Below are positions 19,995 to 29,158 of a stretch of DNA of 64,000 nucleotides, piece by piece. Position 1 is the stretch's first letter. Each line of letters starts with the position of its first letter. The notes under the pieces are model-generated. The model was not told where the DNA came from, did no database searches, and worked only from the letters and a program-made list of their open reading frames with translations. The stretch comes from a virus. The stretch is from positions 1-64,000 of the IMG/VR virus record IMGVR_UViG_3300032214_000986. One strand, given 5' to 3'. Made by a program: the position numbers and the translations under genes.

Positions 19995-20971
19995 TGAAAA
20001 GGGCTTTAATTACAGGAATTAATGGTCAAGATGGATCATATCTTGCTGAATTACTTTTAGAAAAAGGTTATGAGGTGTGGGGAACAGTAAAAAGAAATTC
20101 TGTTTCTGAAACACAGTCTTCAAGAATTGAAAACCTAAGGGACAGTAATTTAATTCATCTTGAGTATGCAGATTTAACTGATATGTCATCTTTAGTAAGA
20201 GTACTTTCAATATCCCAACCAGATGAGGTTTATAATTTAGCTGCCCAATCACATGTTAGAATTAGTTTTGACCAACCGGTATATACGGCAAATGTTACAG
20301 GTGTCGGTACATTAAATCTATTAGAGTCTGTAAGATTAGTTTCACCACATTCAAAAATTTACCAAGCATCTTCTTCTGAAATGTTCGGGAACACAATCGA
20401 TGAAGATGGATATCAAAGAGAAACAACCCCAATGAATCCGGTATCACCATACGGTTGTGCAAAGGTATTTTCATATAATATTTGTAGGAACTACAGAAAT
20501 TCATACGGAATGAAAATTTGGAATGGTATCCTATTCAACCACGAATCACCAAGAAGAGGAACTAATTTTGTCACGAATAAAGTTGTTAAAGCTGCAGTCA
20601 GAATAAGTTTAGGTTTACAGGATAAATTGCACATAGGTAATTTGTCAGCAACAAGAGATTGGGGACATGCAAAAGATTACGTTTATGCTATGTGGTTAAT
20701 GTTACAATCCGACAAACCGGAAGATTATGTATGTTCAACCGGGGTCTCACATTCAGTACAAGATTTATGTAGTTATGTGTTTAGTTCATTGGGTTTAGAT
20801 TATCAAAAATACATTGTTGTCGATGAAAAACATTTTAGACCTGAAGAACTTGAGAATCTGAAAGGGGACTCATCAAAATTGAGAAAAGAATTGATGTGGC
20901 AACCCGAATATACATTCGAAAGTATGTTAGATGAAATGATAAATTATTGGTTAGAATATTATGGAAAATAA
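19994..20971 (+). CDS. gmd: GDP-mannose 4,6-dehydratase
   Basis: ALITGINGQDGSYLAE, NLAAQSHV, YQASSSEMFG, SPYGCAK, FNHESPRRG, RDWGHAKDYV. Confidence 0.97.
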   Translation: MKRALITGINGQDGSYLAELLLEKGYEVWGTVKRNSVSETQSSRIENLRDSNLIHLEYADLTDMSSLVRVLSISQPDEVYNLAAQSHVRISFDQPVYTANVTGVGTLNLLESVRLVSPHSKIYQASSSEMFGNTIDEDGYQRETTPMNPVSPYGCAKVFSYNICRNYRNSYGMKIWNGILFNHESPRRGTNFVTNKVVKAAVRISLGLQDKLHIGNLSATRDWGHAKDYVYAMWLMLQSDKPEDYVCSTGVSHSVQDLCSYVFSSLGLDYQKYIVVDEKHFRPEELENLKGDSSKLRKELMWQPEYTFESMLDEMINYWLEYYGK

Positions 20972-21878
20972 TATATTAGTTACCGGTGGTAATGGGTTAG
21001 TTGGTTCTGAATTCGTGGGGGACCATTATTTTAAACCTTCGTCAAAGGTTTACGATTTACGTAGAACGGAAGACACGAATAGATTGATGTTAAAGGGTTT
21101 TGATAGTATCATACATTGTGCAGCTAAAGTTGGTGGTGTAGGAGGTAACATGAACTTTAAGGGTGATTTTTTTTATGATAACATTATGATGAATACTAAT
21201 ATCATCGAAGGTGCCAGAATGTCGGGGGTAAAAAATTTAGTGGCATTTTTATCCACCTGTGTTTTTCCCGATAACGTAGAATACCCATTAACAGAATCAA
21301 AAATACATTTAGGCCCACCACACACATCAAATGATGCATATGCATATGCGAAAAGAATGACAGACATACAAATAAGAGCATATAGAGAACAATACGGTTT
21401 AAACTATAAGTCAGTAATACCTTGTAACATTTATGGTCCTAACGACAACTATGACATCGTAAATGGTCATGTTCTACCGTCTCTAATACATAAATGTTAT
21501 TTAGCAAGGGAGAATAAAACCCCTTTGTCAATTTGGGGGTCAGGAAAACCATTAAGAGAATTTATCTTTAGTAAAGATGTTGCTAAATTAACAGAATGGG
21601 TTCTCCATAATTATAATGAAAATGAACCAATTATATTATCCACATCTGAAGAAATTTCAATTATGGATATGGTTGACATAATTGTTGAGTTGATGAACTT
21701 TAAGGGGAATGTCATATTCGATTCGTCTAAACCTGACGGGCAATTTAGAAAACCATCGGATAATTCCAAAATAAAACATTATTTACCGGATTTTAAATTC
21801 ACACCAATATATGAAGGTTTGAAAGAAACTATTGAGTATTTTGAAAATCATTATAATGTTATAAGAAAAAATGGATAA
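20961..21878 (+). CDS. fcl: GDP-L-fucose synthase
   Basis: TGGNGLVG, AAKVGG, STCVFP, YAYAKR, NIYGPNDN, WGSGKPLREF; adjacent to gmd. Confidence 0.95.
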   Translation: MENNILVTGGNGLVGSEFVGDHYFKPSSKVYDLRRTEDTNRLMLKGFDSIIHCAAKVGGVGGNMNFKGDFFYDNIMMNTNIIEGARMSGVKNLVAFLSTCVFPDNVEYPLTESKIHLGPPHTSNDAYAYAKRMTDIQIRAYREQYGLNYKSVIPCNIYGPNDNYDIVNGHVLPSLIHKCYLARENKTPLSIWGSGKPLREFIFSKDVAKLTEWVLHNYNENEPIILSTSEEISIMDMVDIIVELMNFKGNVIFDSSKPDGQFRKPSDNSKIKHYLPDFKFTPIYEGLKETIEYFENHYNVIRKNG

Positions 21879-22317
21879 ACAAAAAAGAACTATAGGTATT
21901 ACTTGCTCGACTTTTGATCTTTTACACGCAGGCCACATTATAATGTTAGAAGAGTGTAAAAAATATTGCGATTACCTAATTTGTGGGCTTCAGGTGGACC
22001 CAACCATCGATAGACCTGAAAAAAATAAACCAATTCAAACTTTAGTAGAAAGATATATACAACTTGATTCCGTAGAATATGTGGATAAAATCATTCCTTA
22101 TTGTACTGAAGAGGAGTTGATTACAATTTTTTCTTCTTTGGATTTAGATGTAAGAATAATAGGTGAGGAGTATAAGGATAGTAACTTCACAGGAAAAGAT
22201 GTTTGTTTGAAAAGAAATATCAAATTAATTTATAATAAAAGAGACCACGACTTTTCAACAACCAGTTTAAGACAAAGGATTTACACACAAGAATCCAATA
22301 AAAGATTTGTAAAATAA
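21871..22317 (+). CDS. Glycerol-3-phosphate cytidylyltransferase-like
   Basis: TFDLLHAGH, YLICGLQ.DP, R.HDFSTT.LR. Confidence 0.85.
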   Translation: MDKQKRTIGITCSTFDLLHAGHIIMLEECKKYCDYLICGLQVDPTIDRPEKNKPIQTLVERYIQLDSVEYVDKIIPYCTEEELITIFSSLDLDVRIIGEEYKDSNFTGKDVCLKRNIKLIYNKRDHDFSTTSLRQRIYTQESNKRFVK

Positions 22318-22320
22318 AAT

Positions 22321-23064
22321 ATGACGACAAGAAGAAAGACAACCACAGTGCAGGAAGACCAGTCAGCACCAAAAACATTTTCAAAAAAAGACTTAATTAA
22401 CTCGGTAATAAAGAAAAAACAAAAGAGCAAATTTTTGTCAGACAACCAAAAAGAATATTATGATATGTTGATTGATAATCAAATAACCATATGTTCAGGA
22501 CCGGCGGGTGTAGGTAAGAGTTATATTTCGATGAAAGCTGCGGTGGACTTACTAATGGACCCTAATAATGCGTATGAGAAAATTATTATTGTTAGACCTG
22601 CTGTTGAAGCTGAAGAAAAATTAGGTTCTTTACCAGGAAACTTAGAGGAAAAATTAGACCCATATATTTTCCCATCGTATTATCTACTAAATAAAATTAT
22701 AGGTAAAGACGCTAGAGAAAAATTAAAAAGTCACGAAATTATAGAAGTTTTCGCATTGGCCTATATGAGGGGTATGAATATCGATAATTCAATACTAATA
22801 TTTGAAGAAGCACAAAATGCAACACCTAATCAAATGAAATTACTATTGACAAGGATAGGGTTTAATAGTAAATTCTTTATATCGGGAGATTTAGAACAAA
22901 CTGACAGATATAAAGATAAAAAACATTCAGGTTTATACGACGCATTACAAAGATTTAACGGGATATCCGATATTGGTGTTTATGATTTTAAAAACGCCAA
23001 AAACGTTAGAAACCCATTAATCAGTAAAATTTTAGTGAAATACGATGAAGAGAATAGGGATTGA
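22321..23064 (+). CDS. phoH: PhoH-family ATPase
   Basis: GPAGVGKS, RPAVEAEEKLGSLPG, YMRG, EEAQN, LLTRIG, GDLEQTD, VRNPLI. Confidence 0.95.
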   Translation: MTTRRKTTTVQEDQSAPKTFSKKDLINSVIKKKQKSKFLSDNQKEYYDMLIDNQITICSGPAGVGKSYISMKAAVDLLMDPNNAYEKIIIVRPAVEAEEKLGSLPGNLEEKLDPYIFPSYYLLNKIIGKDAREKLKSHEIIEVFALAYMRGMNIDNSILIFEEAQNATPNQMKLLLTRIGFNSKFFISGDLEQTDRYKDKKHSGLYDALQRFNGISDIGVYDFKNAKNVRNPLISKILVKYDEENRD

Positions 23065-23701
23065 GATTAACGGAGTTTTAAGGGATACCATAGGTAAGTT
23101 CACTCAAATTTATGAACACAATATGTTGAGTGATGATGAAACTGATTCCGTAGATAAAACTTATGAACTTAAGTTTTCAGGTGGTCCTGAAGATATTACA
23201 GAAAATACCGAGATTAATAATTTTAAATATGAATTATTAAGTGAGGTTGAGTCTTTAAATCTTAGGTCTCATTTCGCATTCAAAGACGAAGATGAGTTAT
23301 ATTCTTTTATGTATGAGGATTTCGTAATGCAGATATTTGGACATGCTGGATCAACCGAAACTTTTACTTTTAACGATTTAAATGAGATATATTTAAATCA
23401 TAGAGACAATAAAGAATTATTAATAGTTTCTGATGAAATTGGTAAATCTAAACCGGCATCATTATTCTTTTTATCAAAATTTGGTTGTCTATTAGAGAAA
23501 GTAAAATTTTATTCAAACACTACAATTAATACACTATGGGATGAGGTGGATGTGTTATTAACGGCCAATCCTGATTTAATCATTAATCACCCAAAAGATA
23601 AAGTTGTCGTAAAATTTTTAACGGCATATAATAAAAATGTTGATTCTGAATATGAAATTAAATCATTAAAAGAATTTGACGAAATAATAGAAAAATTATG
23701 A
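23045..23701 (+). CDS. HAD-like (5'-nucleotidase-type) protein, catalytic motif degenerate
   Basis: RIGIEINGVLRD resembles I.iD.DGVL.D; C-terminal AYNK. Confidence 0.5.
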   Translation: MKRIGIEINGVLRDTIGKFTQIYEHNMLSDDETDSVDKTYELKFSGGPEDITENTEINNFKYELLSEVESLNLRSHFAFKDEDELYSFMYEDFVMQIFGHAGSTETFTFNDLNEIYLNHRDNKELLIVSDEIGKSKPASLFFLSKFGCLLEKVKFYSNTTINTLWDEVDVLLTANPDLIINHPKDKVVVKFLTAYNKNVDSEYEIKSLKEFDEIIEKL

Positions 23702-23988
23702 GTTTGTTAAAATTTTTAGGAGAAAATTATTACATAGACGTTGATGAGTTAGAGGAACAAGTGAGTATGTTTAACTCAAAATTACCTCTTATTTCGGGGG
23801 AAACCGAAAACGAACAACAAATTAGTGTGACGAGATATGAAACGTTTAAAAATCTAATCGAAGTCATATTAACAGAAAGGGAAGAACTAGATGATACTTT
23901 AGGGATACACGGAGCAAAAGATTTATCAATACCGTTTAAAATATCATTTAATACACTATTAATAAATAAAATAATAAAAACACTTTAA
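23698..23988 (+). CDS. Hypothetical phage protein
   Basis: 96 aa ORF with ATGA coupling. Confidence 0.65.
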   Translation: MSLLKFLGENYYIDVDELEEQVSMFNSKLPLISGETENEQQISVTRYETFKNLIEVILTEREELDDTLGIHGAKDLSIPFKISFNTLLINKIIKTL

Positions 23989-23989
23989 A

Positions 23990-25054
23990 ATGGAGTTAGA
24001 AAAAATTCAAAAGATTGAGTCTTCGGTGGAAACCTTAAGATCAAAAAAATCCAGGATTTATTTTTTGGTACAAGACACAAAAGGTAACCCTAAAGCGTCT
24101 GTTAGACATATCTATGACATCGCATTAACGTTATTTAATAATGGGTTTAACCCAACAATTATTCACGAAACCAATGATTATAAAGGAGTATCAGAATGGT
24201 TAGGTGACCAATATGAGGTATTACCTCACCAATCAATCGATGGTCAAAATTTAGCAATATCCCCTGAAGATTTTATTATTATTCCGGAGATTTATGCACA
24301 TGTAATGGAACAAATTAAAAATTTCCCTTGTGCTAAAATAGTACTTTGTCAAGCATATGACCACATGTTAGAGACTTTACCTCCTGGTGTTAGTTGGTCA
24401 CAGTATGGGTTTACTAAATGTATAACTACTTCAGAATTTCAAAAGAAATATGTTTCAGAAATTATGAGAAGTGGTTCATTCGACGTATTGTTACCTAATA
24501 TCCCAACCACCTTTACTAAGAAAGATAAACCATCTAAACCTATTATTGCTATTCACACTAGAGACCCTAGAGACACCGCAAAAGTAATTAAAAGTTTTTA
24601 TTTAAAATACCCACAATTTAGATGGATTACTTTTAGAGATATGAGAGGTATTAAACAAGATGACTTCGCTAAATTTTTAAGTGAATCGTTTGTTTCAGTT
24701 TGGGTTGACATTGAGTCTGGTTTCGGTACATTCCCGATTGAATCTATGATTTGTGGTACACCGGTTATTGGAAAGATTCCTAATCTAAAACCAGAGTGGA
24801 TGCAAGAATCAAATGGTTTGTGGATTAACCAAACTAACGAGTTGATTGATGTCATTGCCAATTTTACTCAAAATTGGTTGGAGGATAATATCGCAGACTC
24901 ATTATATGAGAATATGGATATTACAGGTAAAGAATACCAAAACGAAGAAAACTTCAGAAATTCTGTACTTAATTTGTTTAACGAATATTTTGACACAAGA
25001 AGACAAACATTTGAAGACCAATTAGAAAAAATAAAAGAATCAGTAGAAAAATAA
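23990..25054 (+). CDS. Glycosyltransferase, GT-B-like
   Basis: DFIIIPE and ESGFGTFPIESMICGTPVIG. Confidence 0.8.
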   Translation: MELEKIQKIESSVETLRSKKSRIYFLVQDTKGNPKASVRHIYDIALTLFNNGFNPTIIHETNDYKGVSEWLGDQYEVLPHQSIDGQNLAISPEDFIIIPEIYAHVMEQIKNFPCAKIVLCQAYDHMLETLPPGVSWSQYGFTKCITTSEFQKKYVSEIMRSGSFDVLLPNIPTTFTKKDKPSKPIIAIHTRDPRDTAKVIKSFYLKYPQFRWITFRDMRGIKQDDFAKFLSESFVSVWVDIESGFGTFPIESMICGTPVIGKIPNLKPEWMQESNGLWINQTNELIDVIANFTQNWLEDNIADSLYENMDITGKEYQNEENFRNSVLNLFNEYFDTRRQTFEDQLEKIKESVEK

Positions 25055-25061
25055 TATTATT

Positions 25062-25874
25062 ATGGAAGTAAAAAACAATTTTAACGTATCTGTGATTTTA
25101 CCTTTAAGTTCATCACTTGTAAAATCATTTGAAGATTTATTAGAAAAAGCAATTAAATCTTTAGAAAACCAAGTAATTGGTATAAATGAACTTGTCATTG
25201 TACATTCAAAAGAGGAGTCATTAAAAAACTCATTATCTAAGATTAATTTTGGGGAATTAAATGTAAAGATGGTGGAAAACGAAGGTTCTACCGATTTCGC
25301 ATCTCAAGTTAATTTAGGAGTTAAAGAAGCGAGTAGTAAGTGGATTTCTATTTTAGAATTCGATGATGAATACGCATCTATATGGTTCAAAAATGTTGAC
25401 CGTTTTGTTAAGGCATATTCTGATGTTGATGCTTTTTTACCTTTAGTTGTTGACATTGACGATAAGGGAGTATTTGCAGGATTCACCAATGAAGCAACTT
25501 TCGCTGTTAGTTTAAACTCTGAGATGGGTTATTTAACTAACGATGTTTTACAGGCTTACCAAAATTTCCAATCAAGTGGGATGGTAATTAAAAAAGACAC
25601 ATTTTTAGAAAATGGAGGATTAAAACCGTCCATTAAACTAACATTTGTTTATGAGATGTTTTTAAGACTTACGTATAATTCCGTAAAAATTATGACAATC
25701 CCAAGAATTGGTTACAAACACATGAACATGAGAGAAGGTTCTATTTTTTGGAATTACAAATTTGGTGAAGAAAAATTAGGAGATAAGGAAGTTTTATTTT
25801 GGCTGGAGTCCGCAAAAAAAGAACATTTCTTTACTTCTGACAGAGACATAAAATTTGTACCAGAAACTATTTAA
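25062..25874 (+). CDS. Glycosyltransferase family 2-like
   Basis: VSVILP, NLGV....SKWISILEFDD, F...GG. Confidence 0.75.
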   Translation: MEVKNNFNVSVILPLSSSLVKSFEDLLEKAIKSLENQVIGINELVIVHSKEESLKNSLSKINFGELNVKMVENEGSTDFASQVNLGVKEASSKWISILEFDDEYASIWFKNVDRFVKAYSDVDAFLPLVVDIDDKGVFAGFTNEATFAVSLNSEMGYLTNDVLQAYQNFQSSGMVIKKDTFLENGGLKPSIKLTFVYEMFLRLTYNSVKIMTIPRIGYKHMNMREGSIFWNYKFGEEKLGDKEVLFWLESAKKEHFFTSDRDIKFVPETI

Positions 25875-26617
25875 TGTTATTAAATCTCGAAAATGAAAAA
25901 TCAGTAGAGGAAACGCAAAAGACGAACGCAAAAAGTAAAAATTATTTTGATGTTCGTGAGGAACAAGCAGTTAGAGATTATATAGTTGCGGAAAATTATG
26001 AAGATAGGGAAAGAATTTATAATACTTACTTAAGGGAACCATTAGATAAAATGATTGAGTCCATTATAAGAAGGTATAAATTGTATCGAAAAGATATGGA
26101 CTACAACGATGTTCATAGTGATACCCATTCTTTTTTAATGACTAAAGTTGAGAAGTTTAAGCCGGCTAAAAATAAGAAGGCTTATTCTTATTTTGGTACT
26201 ATATGTAAGAACTACTTAATGGGTCAAATTTTAAAAGACCAAAAAGATATGAATCGAAAAATATCGTATGAGGACATTTCAGCAACACTAGAAAACAGAC
26301 CGGATATGGTTTATTATTTAGAATTTGAAAAGATAGATGCTGAAAAAATTATAGATGTGTTTTTAAAAGATTTAAAAAATTACATTTCAAAAAACATAGA
26401 TAATGAAAATGAATTAAAGTTAGGTTACGCGTTAGTTGAGTTATTCGATAATTACGGTAATATATTCATAGGTAACGATAATAATAAGTTTAATAAAAAC
26501 ATTGTATTACTATCACTTAGAGAAATGACTAATTTAAATACTAAAGAAATTAGGATTTATCTAAAAAAATATAAAGTACTTTATTTGGAAACACTTAAGA
26601 AGATACATAACGAATAA
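25874..26617 (+). CDS. Sigma-factor-like protein, probable T4 gp55-type late sigma
   Basis: Region-2-like KFKPAKNKKAYSYFGTICKNYL resembles the gp55 F.P.K....aYF..I pattern; lies just before structural genes. Confidence 0.7.
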   Translation: MLLNLENEKSVEETQKTNAKSKNYFDVREEQAVRDYIVAENYEDRERIYNTYLREPLDKMIESIIRRYKLYRKDMDYNDVHSDTHSFLMTKVEKFKPAKNKKAYSYFGTICKNYLMGQILKDQKDMNRKISYEDISATLENRPDMVYYLEFEKIDAEKIIDVFLKDLKNYISKNIDNENELKLGYALVELFDNYGNIFIGNDNNKFNKNIVLLSLREMTNLNTKEIRIYLKKYKVLYLETLKKIHNE

Positions 26618-26640
26618 TAATCTTTTTAATATTTATAGTT

Positions 26641-27006
26641 ATGAACAGAACTAGAAAAAAAGAAATATCCTTAAATAAGGATTCGGTATTAGGTCTCATG
26701 CAAGAAATTTATAATGAGTTGGTTGAACAAAGAGCAACCGCAATTAGAATTCAAAATAAAATGCTTGGGATGTTGAAGGACCCTGAAGATATGACTTTAA
26801 TAGGTCCCGTAATCAAGGAACAACAAAAAATCGTTAACGACACCATAGAAAAGAAATTAACTCTTTCAAAACTACAATCAACAATATGGGAGAAGTCCAA
26901 TAACAATAAAGAAGAGAATTTCTCATTATCTGATATGGATGAGGACGTTCTTCAAAATTTAATCAAAAAAGATGTGGATAACACAACTAGTGGTTATAAA
27001 ATGTAA
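26641..27006 (+). CDS. Hypothetical coiled-coil phage protein
   Basis: 121 aa ORF; TATTTATA 3 nt upstream. Confidence 0.65.
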   Translation: MNRTRKKEISLNKDSVLGLMQEIYNELVEQRATAIRIQNKMLGMLKDPEDMTLIGPVIKEQQKIVNDTIEKKLTLSKLQSTIWEKSNNNKEENFSLSDMDEDVLQNLIKKDVDNTTSGYKM

Positions 27007-27008
27007 TT

Positions 27009-28949
27009 ATGGGTTTAGATAACGATAAAGATAAGGAAACGATAAAAAGTAAGATTGCGGCTTACAAAACTCTTAATGCCGAAAAGAAAAAAGAGGCCGA
27101 GGAAAAGAGGAAAGCTAATAAGAATGAGAGAGAACAGAAAAAATCTGAACTCGTTCAGCAGATTGCAGAAAAGAAAGAAAAATTAAAACAAGCCAAAGAC
27201 CAATACTCCAATCAATTAAAAGACCTTTTAGAAATCTATAAGGAAATTTTACCTAAAAATACAGGAGGTAATTCTTTAGGCGTTTTAAGTACATTATTTT
27301 TGGAGGCTGCAGAAAATACCAAATCAAGAATAGTACAAATCCTTGTCGATGAGATGTTATCAACTTTAGGGTGTTCAGAGGAACAAACATATAATAGTTT
27401 TATAAATGTGCCAATTTATATTGATGTAAAAACAGTGGACCTTTATAAAATTTTAAAGAAAGATCCTTCAGACCCATCAGTTAAATTCTTTTATGAGCAA
27501 TCGGAAACACCTAATGGTACAGTACCATATTCAATGAATTTACAATTGTATAAAAGATTACAATCAAACGTAAGTTTTTCTCAAGAGTACGGTAACAAAT
27601 ATATTGGAGCATCGGGACAACAGTTATTTGATTTACAATACGTAACATCTTACGTTAATTCATCACAACAAACAATAACGGGAGACTTTTTTAAAGTAAC
27701 ATTACAGGCACAACAAAACGCAAACCTCACTGTTAGTCAATTTTTATTTGATTATTTCACAAGTATTGAAATTTTCAATATGGACACTTTAACGGCCAAC
27801 ATAATGAATTTTTTAACTGGTGCGTTTGACATTGGTAACTCTAATGAGGACCAAACAGAAAGAATGAAATTCATTACTTTTATGTTAAGAATTATGGGTA
27901 TTTGTACTGACCCTAATAAAAAAATAGATGTTTCAGGTGTTGCTAAAATACCCGAATTAGATCTAATTGACGATGATTTTTTTACTATTAGTAATTTAGA
28001 AAAAAGAACCATTGAAAACCAAGTTAATTTAAAAACTAATGGATTAGTGGAATTTGAAAGTTGTGGCAATATAAAACTCCCAACAAACCCAACTGCGGTT
28101 GATAATGTCCTTACGGATATTATTTCTGCAAATACCACTAAAGATAAAATCGATAGTTTACTAAAAGGTATCAATGACATTAGTAATGACCCTAACTGGC
28201 AAAATTCGGGAGGGTTATCCATTAATATTAATGGTGAAATGTTGGTTAACGTTATCTTAAATTTACCTTTAATTTTATTACAAAGTATTTTAACACCTAA
28301 AGTGATGTTAGGGTTTATGATAATGATTAAGTCTATTTTATATAACGTAGACGTATCATTTAACAACCTAACAGAATTCTGTCTTAAATTTAAAAAGATA
28401 GTGGTTAACCTACAAAGAAAATTGTTTTCAATTTTTGTGGAGGAATTATTTAATGTAATTAAAAAAGAAATTAAAAAGTTAGTCGAGGGGTTATTATTAG
28501 ACATCGTCAACGAGGCAAAGAATAAACAAATTGCTATGTACTCAACTATTATTTATGTATTACTCCAATTGGCTAACGCGATAATAGATTATGGTAACTG
28601 TAAAAGTGTGATAGATGAGGTTTTGAAACTTCTTAACTTAGGTTTATCTCAATTAAATTTAGGGTTACCTATGTTTGCCTTAGCTGCGGCAAATTTATTA
28701 GGTGGGATATCCGACACTAGAGCATATTCTAACGTTATTGAAGGTTTACAAAAAGCGGGAATACCGACAGATGATAATGGAGACGGGACACCTAATTTAA
28801 TGAATGCATCATTCAAAGGAATGATAACAGGAATGAATAAAGAACAGGCGGAAAATGGTAAAACTGAAATATTTATACCACCATTAACAGTGGTTTCTTT
28901 AGGTGCCGGAATAACAAAACCAGCAAAAGGTTATGGTAAATCTTATTAA
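27009..28949 (+). CDS. Hypothetical (probably virion/baseplate-associated) protein
   Basis: 646 aa ORF; N-terminal coiled coil, hydrophobic helical C-half; precedes a gp5-like gene. Confidence 0.55.
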   Translation: MGLDNDKDKETIKSKIAAYKTLNAEKKKEAEEKRKANKNEREQKKSELVQQIAEKKEKLKQAKDQYSNQLKDLLEIYKEILPKNTGGNSLGVLSTLFLEAAENTKSRIVQILVDEMLSTLGCSEEQTYNSFINVPIYIDVKTVDLYKILKKDPSDPSVKFFYEQSETPNGTVPYSMNLQLYKRLQSNVSFSQEYGNKYIGASGQQLFDLQYVTSYVNSSQQTITGDFFKVTLQAQQNANLTVSQFLFDYFTSIEIFNMDTLTANIMNFLTGAFDIGNSNEDQTERMKFITFMLRIMGICTDPNKKIDVSGVAKIPELDLIDDDFFTISNLEKRTIENQVNLKTNGLVEFESCGNIKLPTNPTAVDNVLTDIISANTTKDKIDSLLKGINDISNDPNWQNSGGLSININGEMLVNVILNLPLILLQSILTPKVMLGFMIMIKSILYNVDVSFNNLTEFCLKFKKIVVNLQRKLFSIFVEELFNVIKKEIKKLVEGLLLDIVNEAKNKQIAMYSTIIYVLLQLANAIIDYGNCKSVIDEVLKLLNLGLSQLNLGLPMFALAAANLLGGISDTRAYSNVIEGLQKAGIPTDDNGDGTPNLMNASFKGMITGMNKEQAENGKTEIFIPPLTVVSLGAGITKPAKGYGKSY

Positions 28950-28951
28950 TT

Positions 28952-29158
28952 ATGAAATCAGAAGAAGCATTAGAATTACTTAAAGATTATAAAAATAAAT
29001 CAAATAAGGAATTAACAGACCTGTTAGATTTCCTACAAGAAGATTTTGAAAAAACTAAGGACTTACTAGTTAAGTTAACTTACCATTTAGATACTACAGA
29101 AAAAAGTTATAATAAAATTTTAGAAGAATACAAGAAACGTTCTACACATAATGGATAA
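28952..29158 (+). CDS. Small coiled-coil hypothetical protein
   Basis: 68 aa ORF packed in the operon. Confidence 0.6.
   Translation: MKSEEALELLKDYKNKSNKELTDLLDFLQEDFEKTKDLLVKLTYHLDTTEKSYNKILEEYKKRSTHNG

Noticed and set aside
5585-25874. Bacterial O-antigen/capsule locus or prophage-host junction
   Set aside because: Interleaved with dUTPase, exonuclease, PhoH and a gp55-like sigma, with no wzx/wzy/wza, integrase or housekeeping genes seen.
27752-28510. 252-aa antisense ORF and other nested ORFs (e.g. 3313-3771, 36470-36958, 44098-44634, 63223-63438)
   Set aside because: They lie within longer, better supported genes and have the Ser/Phe/Leu/Ile-rich composition of antisense shadows.
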